Position numbers and translations under genes: made by a program. The notes under the pieces were generated by a model that was not told the DNA's origin, made no database searches, and saw only the letters and a list, made by a program, of their open reading frames with translations. A stretch of 64,000 bases of DNA from assembly GCA_019748135.1 (NCBI GenBank), contig JAIEPZ010000005.1, forward strand, positions 23,413 through 87,412, written 5' to 3'. Below, piece after piece: positions 1 through 9,013 of the stretch (position 1 is its first letter; each line of letters starts with the position of its first letter). This DNA is from Hyphomicrobiales bacterium. GTDB taxonomy: Bacteria > Pseudomonadota > Alphaproteobacteria > Rhizobiales > UBA4765.

Positions 1-10
1 CTGGCAGGAA

Positions 11-1579
11 ATGGAGCGATCGACGCTCATGCGACGGCGCGATTTTTTTAAAACGGCCACAATACTCGGCGGTCATGTGATGCTCGCCGGCGGGCTCGCG
101 GCGCAAACGCCGCCTTTTGCCTTTGATACGGTCATCGCCCGGGCGCGGGCGCTGAGCCAGCAAGGTTTCCAGCCGGGTCCGCAGGCACCGGACAATTTGC
201 GTCAGCTTGGTTTTGACGCTTATCGTGACCTGCGTTTTCGCCGCGATCGCGCCTTGCTGGATGAAGAAGGCAGCCGCTATCGCCTGCAGATGTTTCATCT
301 TGGGTTTCTTTATACGCGGCCGGTCAGTGTCTCGATTGTCCGTGACGGCGCTGCCCAGCCGATCACCTATCGTTCCGATCTCTTCGATCTCGGGCGTAAC
401 AAATTCGACCCGCCCCTTCCCGAAACGTTGGGGTTTGCCGGCTTTCGTCTGCATTATCCTCTCAATCAACCGAAGCTCTTCGATGAGTTGGTCTCGTTTC
501 TGGGTGCAAGCTATTTTCGTTTGCTCGGACGCGGCCAGCGCTACGGTCTGTCGGCGCGCGGACTGGCGATTGATACGGCTGTCTCCAGCGGCGAGGAATT
601 TCCGTCCTTCCGCGAATTCTGGATCGTGCCGCCGGCGCCCGGTGGCGAGCAGATTATGATCTATGCGCTGCTCGACAGCCCCTCGGTGACGGGAGCCTAT
701 GCGTTCGCGCTTTACCCGGGTGAAGCATCGCAGCTAACGGTGCAGGTGACGCTTTTTGCCCGCAAGCCGATACGCAAGCTCGGGCTCGCGCCGCTCTCCT
801 CGATGTTCTTTTATGGCGAGAACCAGTTACGACCGGCCACCGATTATCGCCCGAAGGTTCATGATTCGGATGGGCTTTTGATCCATACGGGCGCGGGTGA
901 ATGGATATGGCGACCTTTGCGCAACCCGAACGGCCTCGCCGTCTCAGCCTTCCTCGACGATAATATGAGAGGGTTCGGGCTGGTTCAGCGTGATCGCGCC
1001 TTTGACCATTATCAGGATCTCGATCTGCGCTATGAGGCGCGCCCGACCTACTGGATCGAACCGGTGGGCGCGTGGGGCGAGGGGCATGTCGAGCTGATCG
1101 AAATCCCGACGCCGGATGAGACCAACGACAATATTTCGGCCTTCTGGGTGCCGCGCAGCGAGCTGAAAGTCGGCGAGCCGATCAGTTTTGCCTACCGGTT
1201 GCGTGCCTTGATGTCGGTGAGCAATGTCGATGTCGATCATCCCGGCGGGCGGGTCGTCAACACCTTCAGCAAGCGCCTTCTCAGCCATGAAGCGGCTGAG
1301 CATAACGATCCGACGGTACGGCGCTTCCTCGTCGATTTTGCCGGCGGCGAGCTTGCCTATTTCATGCGCGCGCCGGGCGAGGTCGAGGTGATGCCCTCGG
1401 CGCCGTCGGGGCAGATCCTGCGCAAATTCGTCATCGCCAATCCCGATATAGCAGGTATCCGCGCCGTATTCGACTTCAAGGCGCCGCCCAATTCCACAAC
1501 CGATCTGCGGGCCTATCTGCGGGCAGGCGACAAGACGTTATCGGAAACGTGGATCTATCCATGGCGCCAGGATGGTTGA
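11..1579 (+). CDS. opgG: Periplasmic glucan biosynthesis protein, OpgG/OpgD (MdoG/MdoD) family
   Basis: 522-aa ORF with a twin-arginine-like signal (MRRRDFFKTA). Full-length resemblance to MdoG/MdoD. Overlaps the downstream opgH by 8 nt. Confidence 0.85.
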   Translation: MERSTLMRRRDFFKTATILGGHVMLAGGLAAQTPPFAFDTVIARARALSQQGFQPGPQAPDNLRQLGFDAYRDLRFRRDRALLDEEGSRYRLQMFHLGFLYTRPVSVSIVRDGAAQPITYRSDLFDLGRNKFDPPLPETLGFAGFRLHYPLNQPKLFDELVSFLGASYFRLLGRGQRYGLSARGLAIDTAVSSGEEFPSFREFWIVPPAPGGEQIMIYALLDSPSVTGAYAFALYPGEASQLTVQVTLFARKPIRKLGLAPLSSMFFYGENQLRPATDYRPKVHDSDGLLIHTGAGEWIWRPLRNPNGLAVSAFLDDNMRGFGLVQRDRAFDHYQDLDLRYEARPTYWIEPVGAWGEGHVELIEIPTPDETNDNISAFWVPRSELKVGEPISFAYRLRALMSVSNVDVDHPGGRVVNTFSKRLLSHEAAEHNDPTVRRFLVDFAGGELAYFMRAPGEVEVMPSAPSGQILRKFVIANPDIAGIRAVFDFKAPPNSTTDLRAYLRAGDKTLSETWIYPWRQDG

Positions 1580-3629
1580 TCCTGGGCTGGAGAAGGTGAA
1601 CGACGTTTATCGGTTGCACGGGCCGGCGGCGGGGTTGCGGCGTGTTGTTTTTTTCGGCTCCGTCCTGCTGCTGACGGCGATTGCCTCGATGTCGATGCTG
1701 GATATTCTGGGCAGCGACGGCCTGACATTTTTTGAGGCGATGATCGTCAGCCTCTTTACCGTCAACTTCCTGTGGATCGCGCTTTCGTTCATCAGCGCCA
1801 TCACCGGGCTGGCATTGTGCCTGACGAAGCGCGATCCCATCAGCCTGAGGCGCGCCACCCTGCGGCCTGTGCCCAAAAGCCTGTCATCGCGCACGGCGAT
1901 TGTCGTTCCCGTCTACAATGAGGAGCCGCATGCGGTGTTTGCCCGCATCCGCTCCGTCTACGAATCGCTCGATCGCCTCGCTCTCTCCTGCGCCTTCGAT
2001 TTCTTTGTCCTGTCGGATTCGCGCGATCCCGACATCTGGATTGCCGAGGAACTGGAATGGGGGGCATTGCGGCAGGCTCTGAAACTGCGCGGAAAAGTGT
2101 TCTACCGGCGGCGTGAATTCAATACCGAGCGCAAATCGGGAAATCTCATGGATTTCTGCGAGAAATGGGCAGCCGGCTATGATTTCATGGTGGTGTTTGA
2201 TGCCGATTCGACGATGACGGGCGAAGCGCTCGCCGTCATGGCGGCCGTGATGGAGGCCAACCCCAAGGTTGGCCTCATCCAGGCGCCGCCGCAGCCGACG
2301 GGGCGCTCGACGCTGTTTGCCCGCATTCTGCAATTCATCAGTCACGTCCACGGTCCGACAATGACGGCGGGGCTTGCCTTCTGGCAGCTGGGCTCGGGCA
2401 ATTACTGGGGCCATAACGCCATCATCCGCACCGATGCCTTCATCGAGTGCTGCGGCCTGCCGCATCTGCCCGGCCGGCCGCCGCTTGGCGGGGCGATCCT
2501 CAGTCATGATTTCGTCGAGGCGGCCTTGTTGCGCCGGGCTGGCTGGAAGGTGTGGCTGGTTCCCGATATTGAGGGATCATGGGAGGAACTGCCCTCCAAC
2601 ATCCTCGATTATGCAGCGCGCGACCGGCGCTGGTGTCAGGGTAATCTGCAACATATCCGCGTCGTCTTTGCCACCCGCATCAAGCCATTATCACGGCTTC
2701 ATCTCTTCATGGGGGTGATGGCCTTCGTGTCATCACCGCTGTGGATGGCGCTGCTGATCTTCTCGACGCTGACAGCGTGGGAAACGGCCCAGAAGGGGCA
2801 TCGCTTCTTCACCGGCTCGCTGTCGCTTTTTCCCACCTGGCCGATTGACCGGGCCGGCGACATGCTGACGCTGCTGGCCATTACGCTTGGCATGCTTGTG
2901 ATCCCGAAGCTGCTGTCGATCCTGATGGCTGCCTGTCACCCCAGCCGGGCGCGGCTTTATGGCGGAGCGGCGGGGCTGATCGTTTCTGCCGTGATCGAGC
3001 TCATTTTTTCTGCTTTGCTGGCGCCGATCATGATGTTGTTTCATTCCTATTTCGTTGCCAGCAATCTTTGCGGTTTTGTCGTGCAATGGGACAGCCAGTC
3101 GCGCGATGATCGGGGCGTGGCGCTTGGCGCGGCGGTTCGCGCGCATTGGGTGCATGTGGTGATCGGTCTGGTCTGGAGCGGGGTTGCCTACTGGTTCAAT
3201 CCCGGGTTTTTCTGGTGGATGACACCGGTGCTCGCCGGCATGATCGTGGCGCCGTTGCTCACCCATCTGTCGAGCCGCCTTGATCTGGGGCGGATGGCGG
3301 CGCGCCATCGTCTGTTTCTGACGCCCGACGAGACGGCGCCTGCCCGTGAACTGGCGCGCGCCGAGGCATTACGCCGCGAGCCGGCGGTGGCGGTTGACAG
3401 CGGGCTTCTCAAGATTCTTGAAGACCCTACGGCTAGCGCACTCCATGCCGCACTTATTCCTGACGCCGCACCCTCCGAGCGGGTGCGGGTCGAGGTGGCG
3501 CTTCTTTACGAAAAGCTGGCGCGCATCGGCCCGCACTCATTGACACGCGATGAAAAAATCAAACTTCTGTCGTTCCCCGTCAAACCGCTCGACCAGATCA
3601 TGGCAGGGCGGATGGTGCTGCCAAATTGA
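1572..3629 (+). CDS. opgH: Glucans biosynthesis glucosyltransferase H (GT2 membrane glycosyltransferase)
   Basis: 685 aa with multiple hydrophobic segments. GT2 motifs VVFDADS and RDRRWCQGNLQH. Classic opgG-opgH pairing. Confidence 0.9.
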   Translation: MVDPGLEKVNDVYRLHGPAAGLRRVVFFGSVLLLTAIASMSMLDILGSDGLTFFEAMIVSLFTVNFLWIALSFISAITGLALCLTKRDPISLRRATLRPVPKSLSSRTAIVVPVYNEEPHAVFARIRSVYESLDRLALSCAFDFFVLSDSRDPDIWIAEELEWGALRQALKLRGKVFYRRREFNTERKSGNLMDFCEKWAAGYDFMVVFDADSTMTGEALAVMAAVMEANPKVGLIQAPPQPTGRSTLFARILQFISHVHGPTMTAGLAFWQLGSGNYWGHNAIIRTDAFIECCGLPHLPGRPPLGGAILSHDFVEAALLRRAGWKVWLVPDIEGSWEELPSNILDYAARDRRWCQGNLQHIRVVFATRIKPLSRLHLFMGVMAFVSSPLWMALLIFSTLTAWETAQKGHRFFTGSLSLFPTWPIDRAGDMLTLLAITLGMLVIPKLLSILMAACHPSRARLYGGAAGLIVSAVIELIFSALLAPIMMLFHSYFVASNLCGFVVQWDSQSRDDRGVALGAAVRAHWVHVVIGLVWSGVAYWFNPGFFWWMTPVLAGMIVAPLLTHLSSRLDLGRMAARHRLFLTPDETAPARELARAEALRREPAVAVDSGLLKILEDPTASALHAALIPDAAPSERVRVEVALLYEKLARIGPHSLTRDEKIKLLSFPVKPLDQIMAGRMVLPN

Positions 3630-3772
3630 CTTGGCTTTGCCTTTTTCTTGCGCAAAAGCTGCCGTGCGCATCGGCTTCATCTTTTAATCATCGCATTTAA
3701 GGTTAGGAACCATGGGGCGTCGGCTTCGTTTACCGCTATATCCTGCCGACGGCCCGTGCCAAGGACATACGG

Positions 3773-4249
3773 ATGTTTGACGACAGCCTTACCCGCGAAG
3801 CCCACGCGTTGATGAACAGCCACTCCCTGCAGCGTGCCGCGGCCCTGGCGGCGGCGGTTGATCCGGTGGCACGGCTGTGGTGCCGCTCATTTGGCGTTGT
3901 GAGCGACGTGGCACGGGAGCGGCTGACGGCCTTGCTCAGCGACAGGGCGCTTGCGGCGCTGGCCGGCGGCGTTGGATTTGACCTGATCGTCGAACAGCTC
4001 GATCAAGCGGCCGAAGCGGCGATCCGGCATTGGTTCGCGGTCGTGCTGGGGCGCCCGCTCGAGGCAGGCGCGACACCGCTTGCCATCATCCGGCTCGCCT
4101 ATATCGAGGTCAATCGCGACGGGCGCTGGGGTGATGCGTTTCTTGATCCGCAGGCGGCGTTTGCCGAGTTGGCAAACGATGTGGAAGCGGCGATGATCGA
4201 GCCGACGCCAACGATACACCGGCGACAGATGACACGACAGGTTCTTTGA
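3773..4249 (+). CDS. Hypothetical protein
   Basis: 158-aa ORF with GC-rich third codon positions. No family recognised. Confidence 0.45.
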   Translation: MFDDSLTREAHALMNSHSLQRAAALAAAVDPVARLWCRSFGVVSDVARERLTALLSDRALAALAGGVGFDLIVEQLDQAAEAAIRHWFAVVLGRPLEAGATPLAIIRLAYIEVNRDGRWGDAFLDPQAAFAELANDVEAAMIEPTPTIHRRQMTRQVL

Positions 4250-4253
4250 ATGC

Positions 4254-4523
4254 TTAGCGTTTGCGGCTGCCGAAAACCGGTTCAACGCGCGTCGCCTGGC
4301 GGGCAAAGGCGATAATGGCCATCATGGCGCCGCCTACCATCACCAGTTGCAGCCCCCAGAACAGGATGTCGCCGAGCTTCAACAAGCCGGCGATCGCCCA
4401 GGCGCCGGCAATCGCCGCAGCCAGCACTTCGCTTGCCACAAGGATAATGGCGGCTATGACGGTGATCGCGCTGCGCCGGGGAGAAGGGGCGGTTTTTGAA
4501 CTGGTCATTGGACGGTCCTGCAT
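4254..4523 (-). CDS. Small hypothetical membrane protein (two predicted TM helices)
   Basis: 89 aa with two long hydrophobic stretches (ITVIAAIILVASEVLAAAIAGAWAIAGLL; WGLQLVMVGGAMMAIIAF). Strong GC3 bias in this frame. Confidence 0.5.
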   Translation of the reverse strand: MQDRPMTSSKTAPSPRRSAITVIAAIILVASEVLAAAIAGAWAIAGLLKLGDILFWGLQLVMVGGAMMAIIAFARQATRVEPVFGSRKR

Positions 4524-4575
4524 TGCGCACTCTTAGCGCAGGGCGATGCGATCGCGCAAGGCAAGCCGTATTTTG

Positions 4576-5343
4576 TCATCCGACAGGTGGCTCGACGACG
4601 AAGTCGATGCGCGCGCCGATGAACGCGGTGGTGACGGCATGAATGGGGTCATCAGCCGAGACGCCGTCGATGGCGCGTGACAGGAGCAAGGGCTCGGTGC
4701 TGGAGATGTTCAGCAATTCCTGTTCCTGCGGGGTTGGCAATACCGCGCTGATGCGGGTTGAGAGACGGACGTAATCGCTCAGGCCGTACGAGGTGAGGGC
4801 GCGGGTGAATGACTTGCCGGCGCGCACGAAGTGGCGGTCGAAATCCGGCCAGCGGGCATGCTCAAGACAGTGCGTGCTGGTTGCCAGCGGCGCGCCACCG
4901 GCATGGCGCAGGGTGCGGAAGCGCCACAGAAGGGTGCCAACCGGGAGATTGAGGCGATGGGCGTCCTTGTCGAGCGCCTCCTCAACCTCCATCGCCCCGA
5001 TCAGCGTGTTGTCCGTGCTGCTATCGCCGATGAAGCTGTCAGCGAAGCGGACACGACGCCCGAGGCGGTAATCAAATGTCGGGCGGCGGACAAAGGTGCC
5101 GCGTCCCTGTTCAATCGATACCAGCCCGCGCATCTGCAGGAATTGCAGTGCCTGACGCACGGTGTGGCGATTGACCGCAAACCGGCTTGCAAGTTCAAGC
5201 ACCGTCGGCAACGGGTTGCCGGTCGGCACTACGCCGTTGCGTATATCCTGTTCCAGTTCCTCGGCAATCCGGCGCCAACGCGGGGCGTTGCGCCCGCTGG
5301 CAGGCGCGTCGGCATCCCGCACGATGTTGTCGATGGCGTCCAT
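4576..5343 (-). CDS. phnF: GntR/HutC-family transcriptional regulator, phosphonate regulator PhnF
   Basis: 255 aa. N-terminal winged HTH (LELASRFAVNRHTVRQALQFLQMRGLV) plus a UTRA-like C-terminal half. Divergent from phnG. Confidence 0.85.
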   Translation of the reverse strand: MDAIDNIVRDADAPASGRNAPRWRRIAEELEQDIRNGVVPTGNPLPTVLELASRFAVNRHTVRQALQFLQMRGLVSIEQGRGTFVRRPTFDYRLGRRVRFADSFIGDSSTDNTLIGAMEVEEALDKDAHRLNLPVGTLLWRFRTLRHAGGAPLATSTHCLEHARWPDFDRHFVRAGKSFTRALTSYGLSDYVRLSTRISAVLPTPQEQELLNISSTEPLLLSRAIDGVSADDPIHAVTTAFIGARIDFVVEPPVG

Positions 5344-5348
5344 CGCAA

Positions 5349-5378
5349 TGTCACCTCAGCGTCACGATGCCTGTCTAC
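5349..5378. promoter_or_regulatory. Candidate Pho-box-like direct repeats (TGTCAC / CGTCAC / TGTCTAC at 11-12 bp spacing)
   Basis: TGTCAC at 5349, CGTCAC at 5360 and TGTCTAC at 5372 in the phnF-phnG intergenic region. The spacing matches one helical turn, as in PhoB boxes. Confidence 0.3.
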
Positions 5379-5395
5379 AACAAAACATATGTATT

Positions 5396-5422
5396 GATCT
5401 AGACCTATAAATGGTCTAGACC
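5396..5422. promoter_or_regulatory. Candidate PhnF (HutC-type) operator: GATCTAGACC-N7-GGTCTAGACC
   Basis: GGTCTAGACC (5413-5422) is a perfect 10-bp palindrome matching the GT-N-TA-N-AC core used by HutC-subfamily GntR regulators. A second copy with one mismatch lies at 5396-5405. Confidence 0.45.
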
Positions 5423-5499
5423 TTTTGACGATCCGAAACGCGCACCTATCGTTCGTGAGACAGATGACGCATCAATCCAGCGTGCTTCCGAAGGAATCT

Positions 5500-5946
5500 A
5501 TGGACGTCTCGCCTGGCCGACGCGACTGGCTGGCGGTTCTCGCTCGCGCTTCGCGGCGCGATCTCGAAGCTGTTCTTGCTGAACTGCCGGCGGTGCCCGG
5601 TTACACGCTGCTGCGCCGGCCTGAGAGCGGCGCCATCATGGTGAGAGCGCGTGCCGGTGGCAGCGGACGCCAGTTCAATCTGGGCGAAGCAAGCGTGACA
5701 CGTTGCACGGTGCGGCTGGATGCGGGCATCGCCGGGGTCGCCTATTCCCTGGGGCGCGACCGGCGTCATGCGGAACTGGCGGCGGTCCTTGATGCGTTGC
5801 TGCAGGAGCCTTCACGCGGCGCTGATCTGTATGAACGCCATATTCGCCCGCTGGCTCAGCAACAGCAGGCAGCCCGTGATCTGCGCTCGCGACAGGCCGC
5901 CGCGACCAAGGTTGATTTCTTTACGCTGGTGCGGGGCGAGAGCTGA
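5500..5946 (+). CDS. phnG: C-P lyase core complex subunit PhnG
   Basis: Aligns by eye to E. coli PhnG (RRDWLAVLA..., VDFFTLVRGE C-terminus). The ATG at 5500 has an AAGGAA Shine-Dalgarno. In-frame alternatives exist at 5464 and 5425 (TTG). Confidence 0.85.
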   Translation: MDVSPGRRDWLAVLARASRRDLEAVLAELPAVPGYTLLRRPESGAIMVRARAGGSGRQFNLGEASVTRCTVRLDAGIAGVAYSLGRDRRHAELAAVLDALLQEPSRGADLYERHIRPLAQQQQAARDLRSRQAAATKVDFFTLVRGES

Positions 5947-5949
5947 ACC

Positions 5950-6573
5950 ATGTCACAGATGTCGGGTCTTGATCTTCGCCATGTTGGTCGCGGTTTCGTC
6001 GATCCGGTTGCAGGCGCGCAAGGCGTTTTCAGGGTGGCCATGTCGGCGCTCGCCCGTCCGGGACTGGTACAGGCGATAACCCCGCCTGGCGATGTGCCTG
6101 AGGGTGTGTCACCGGCTCTTGTGGCGCTGCTGCTGACGCTCGCTGATTTCGAAACGCCGCTATGGCTGGCACCCGATCTTGGCGATGAGAGTTTGCGCGC
6201 CTATGTGCGGTTTCATACCGGCGTGCCTCTGGTCGATGATCCGGCGCTCGCCATGTTCGCGGCCAGCGGCGCGGAAGGTGTCGATGCGCTGTTGGCGCAG
6301 CTGTCGATCGGCGAGGATCGCTATCCCGACCGCTCGGCGACCCTTCTTGTCGATGTGCCGGCGCTCACCGGCGGACAGGGCGTGCGCGCGAGCGGTCCCG
6401 GCATCAGGAACACCGTGACACTCTCTCCCGCCGGCCTTTCGACCGCGTTCTGGGAGGCGATGGGTGAAAATCATCGCCTCTACCCGCTTGGTGTTGATTG
6501 TTTCCTGTGCGCTGGACACGAGATGATGGGCTTGCCGCGCTCGAGTGCTTTAGCACTGATGGTGGAGGGCTGA
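5950..6573 (+). CDS. phnH: C-P lyase core complex subunit PhnH
   Basis: 207 aa in the conserved phnG-H-I position, 3 nt after the phnG stop. Confidence 0.85.
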   Translation: MSQMSGLDLRHVGRGFVDPVAGAQGVFRVAMSALARPGLVQAITPPGDVPEGVSPALVALLLTLADFETPLWLAPDLGDESLRAYVRFHTGVPLVDDPALAMFAASGAEGVDALLAQLSIGEDRYPDRSATLLVDVPALTGGQGVRASGPGIRNTVTLSPAGLSTAFWEAMGENHRLYPLGVDCFLCAGHEMMGLPRSSALALMVEG

Positions 6574-6576
6574 GCC

Positions 6577-7686
6577 ATGTATGTCGCAGTCAAGGGCGGC
6601 GAAAAGGCCATTCTCGCCAGCCATGATCTCATCGCGCAAACCAGGCGGGGCGACCCGCTGCTGCCCGAACTCGACGTGGCGCAGATCGCTAGCCAGCTTG
6701 GCATTGCTGTTGACCGGGTGATGAACGAGGGCTCGATCTACGACCGCGAATTGGCGGCGCTTGCCATCAAGCAGGCGCAGGGCGATCTCATCGAAGCGGC
6801 CTTCCTGCTGCGCGCTTATCGTACCACCCTGCCGCGCTTTGGCGCGAGCCTGCCGGTTGATACGGCGCGCATGCTGATCCGCCGGCGTGTCTCAGCCACC
6901 TACAAAGACCTTCCGGGCGGGCAGGTGCTGGGGCCTACCTATGATTACACGCATCGGCTGTTTGATTTTTCGCTGATGGACAGTGAGGGCGAGCGCGGCA
7001 CCGTTCAGCCGGCGCAAGAGGCGCTTGACGAGAACATGCCACGCGTTCCCGATATTCTGGGCGCCGAAGGTCTGATGGAGCCGGAGATGCCGCCTCCTGG
7101 CGATGACGCCCCGTTCGATATCACGCGCCAGCCGCTGGAATTTCCGGCCGAGCGCGATGAGCGCCTGCAGGTGCTGGCGCGTGGTGATGAAGGGTACCTG
7201 CTGGGCCTTGCCTATTCCGTGCAGCGTGGCTTTGGCCATTCCCATCCCTTTGTGGGTGAAATCCGTCTTGGCGAAGTAGCGGTCGAGATTGTTCCCGAAG
7301 AACTCGGCTTTGCCATCGACATCGGCGACATCACGCTTAGCGAATGCCAGATGGTCAACCAGTTTGCCGGCTCAAAGGATCAGCCGCCGCAATTCACCCG
7401 TGGCTACGGTCTCGCCTTCGGCCATGCCGAGCGCAAGGTGATGGCGATGTCGCTGGTCGACCGGGCGCTGAAGGCCGATGAACTTGGCGAAGACGTGCGC
7501 TATCCGGCGCAGGATGCGGAATTTGTCCTCTATCACTGCGACAATGTGGAAGCCTCCGGCTTCGTCGAGCATCTGAAGCTGCCGCATTATGTCGACTTCC
7601 AGGGCGAGCTTGAACTGCTGCGCAGGATGCATCGCGAGATCGCAGAGCGCGAGATGACGACCGAAAAGAGGGAGGCAGCGGAATGA
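6577..7686 (+). CDS. phnI: C-P lyase subunit PhnI (ribosyl-triphosphate phosphonate-forming)
   Basis: 369 aa at the conserved position with full-length PhnI-like sequence. Its stop overlaps the next start (ATGA). Confidence 0.9.
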   Translation: MYVAVKGGEKAILASHDLIAQTRRGDPLLPELDVAQIASQLGIAVDRVMNEGSIYDRELAALAIKQAQGDLIEAAFLLRAYRTTLPRFGASLPVDTARMLIRRRVSATYKDLPGGQVLGPTYDYTHRLFDFSLMDSEGERGTVQPAQEALDENMPRVPDILGAEGLMEPEMPPPGDDAPFDITRQPLEFPAERDERLQVLARGDEGYLLGLAYSVQRGFGHSHPFVGEIRLGEVAVEIVPEELGFAIDIGDITLSECQMVNQFAGSKDQPPQFTRGYGLAFGHAERKVMAMSLVDRALKADELGEDVRYPAQDAEFVLYHCDNVEASGFVEHLKLPHYVDFQGELELLRRMHREIAEREMTTEKREAAE

Positions 7687-8102
7687 TCGAAGGTCTCTCT
7701 CATCTCACGCTCGTTGTTCGTGACCTTGGAGCTATGACGCGCATTTGCGTCGAGGGGCTTGGAGCGGTGGAAGTCTATTCTTCGCTGGACCAGACTTTCT
7801 CCATATCAAAGGAAAAATTCTTTCTCATCGGCGGTATGTGGATTGCTGTCATGGAGGGCGATCCGCTGCCCTCACGTAGTTACAACCATATCGCTTTCAA
7901 AATCTCAGAACATGATTTTGAGGTTTATGAAGAGCGTATCCGTGCCCTTGGCCTGGAGATAAGCGCGGCGCGATCCAGGGTCAGCGGTGAAGGGCGTTCA
8001 ATCTACTTCTATGATCACGATAACCATCTCTTTGAACTGCACACCGGCACGCTTGAAGAGCGGCTGGCGCGCTATGGGTTAGGAAGAGAAGCAGCGGAAT
8101 GA
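7683..8102 (+). CDS. fosX: VOC/glyoxalase-fold protein, FosX-like (fosfomycin epoxide hydrolase family)
   Basis: 139 aa. MIEGLSHLTLVV..., SYNHIAFKI and EGRSIYFYDHDNHLFELHTGTL are typical of FosX/FosA-class VOC enzymes. ATGA overlaps on both sides. A FosX inside a phn operon is documented for Mesorhizobium loti. Confidence 0.8.
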   Translation: MIEGLSHLTLVVRDLGAMTRICVEGLGAVEVYSSLDQTFSISKEKFFLIGGMWIAVMEGDPLPSRSYNHIAFKISEHDFEVYEERIRALGLEISAARSRVSGEGRSIYFYDHDNHLFELHTGTLEERLARYGLGREAAE

Positions 8103-9013
8103 CCTTGGCATCCCCTTCAACGTCGGACATCACCTACAACTTCGCCTATCTCGACGAGCAGACGAAGCGCATGATCCGGCGCGCGCTGCTGAAGGCAATC
8201 GCTGTGCCGGGCTATCAGGTGCCGTTTGGCAGCCGCGAGATGCCGCTGGCGCGCGGCTGGGGAACCGGCGGCATCCAGATCACAGCGGCAATCATCGGCG
8301 TTGACGACGTTTTGAAGGTGATCGATCAGGGTGCGGATGACACGACGAATGCGGTGTCGATCCGCCGCTTCTTTGCGCGCGTTGCCGGTGTGGCGACAAC
8401 GGAGGCAACGGAAGAAGCAACCATCATCCAGACCCGTCATCGCATCCCGGAGGCGCAGCTCAGCGCCGATCAGGTGCTGGTCTATCAGGTGCCGCAGCCC
8501 GAACCCCTGCGCAAGCTTGAGCCGCGGGAAACGGAAACCCGCAAGATGCATGGCTACGGCGAATACGGGTTGATGCAGGTCAGGCTTTACGAAGACATCG
8601 CCCGCTTCGGCCATATCGCCACCACCTATGATTATCCGGCGCTCGTCAATGGCCGCTACGTCATGGCGCCAACGCCCATCCCCAAATTCGACAATCCGAA
8701 GATGGACCACATGCCGGCCTTGCAGCTCTTCGGAGCGGGTCGTGAAAAGCGCATCTACGCGGTGCCGCCCTATACCACCGTCAGGAGCCTCGATTTTGAC
8801 GATCATCCGTTTCAGGTGCAGCGCTGGTCGCGACCTTGCGAATTATGCGGGGCCGGCGACAGCTATCTCGACGAGGTGGTGATCGATGACCAGGGCAGCC
8901 GGATGTTTGTGTGCTCCGACACCCATTATTGCGAGAGCAGGCGGGCCGAGGGCCATGCGGGTACGCAGCTTGAGCAGAGCGCGGGGCAGCGCCTGACGGG
9001 GGGCTCATCATGA
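8099..9013 (+). CDS. phnJ: C-P lyase catalytic subunit PhnJ (radical SAM-type)
   Basis: 304 aa. GWGTGGIQ glycyl-radical region and the C-x2-C-x21-C-x5-C cluster (CELCGAGD...VCSDTHYC). Confidence 0.95.
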   Translation: MTLASPSTSDITYNFAYLDEQTKRMIRRALLKAIAVPGYQVPFGSREMPLARGWGTGGIQITAAIIGVDDVLKVIDQGADDTTNAVSIRRFFARVAGVATTEATEEATIIQTRHRIPEAQLSADQVLVYQVPQPEPLRKLEPRETETRKMHGYGEYGLMQVRLYEDIARFGHIATTYDYPALVNGRYVMAPTPIPKFDNPKMDHMPALQLFGAGREKRIYAVPPYTTVRSLDFDDHPFQVQRWSRPCELCGAGDSYLDEVVIDDQGSRMFVCSDTHYCESRRAEGHAGTQLEQSAGQRLTGGSS

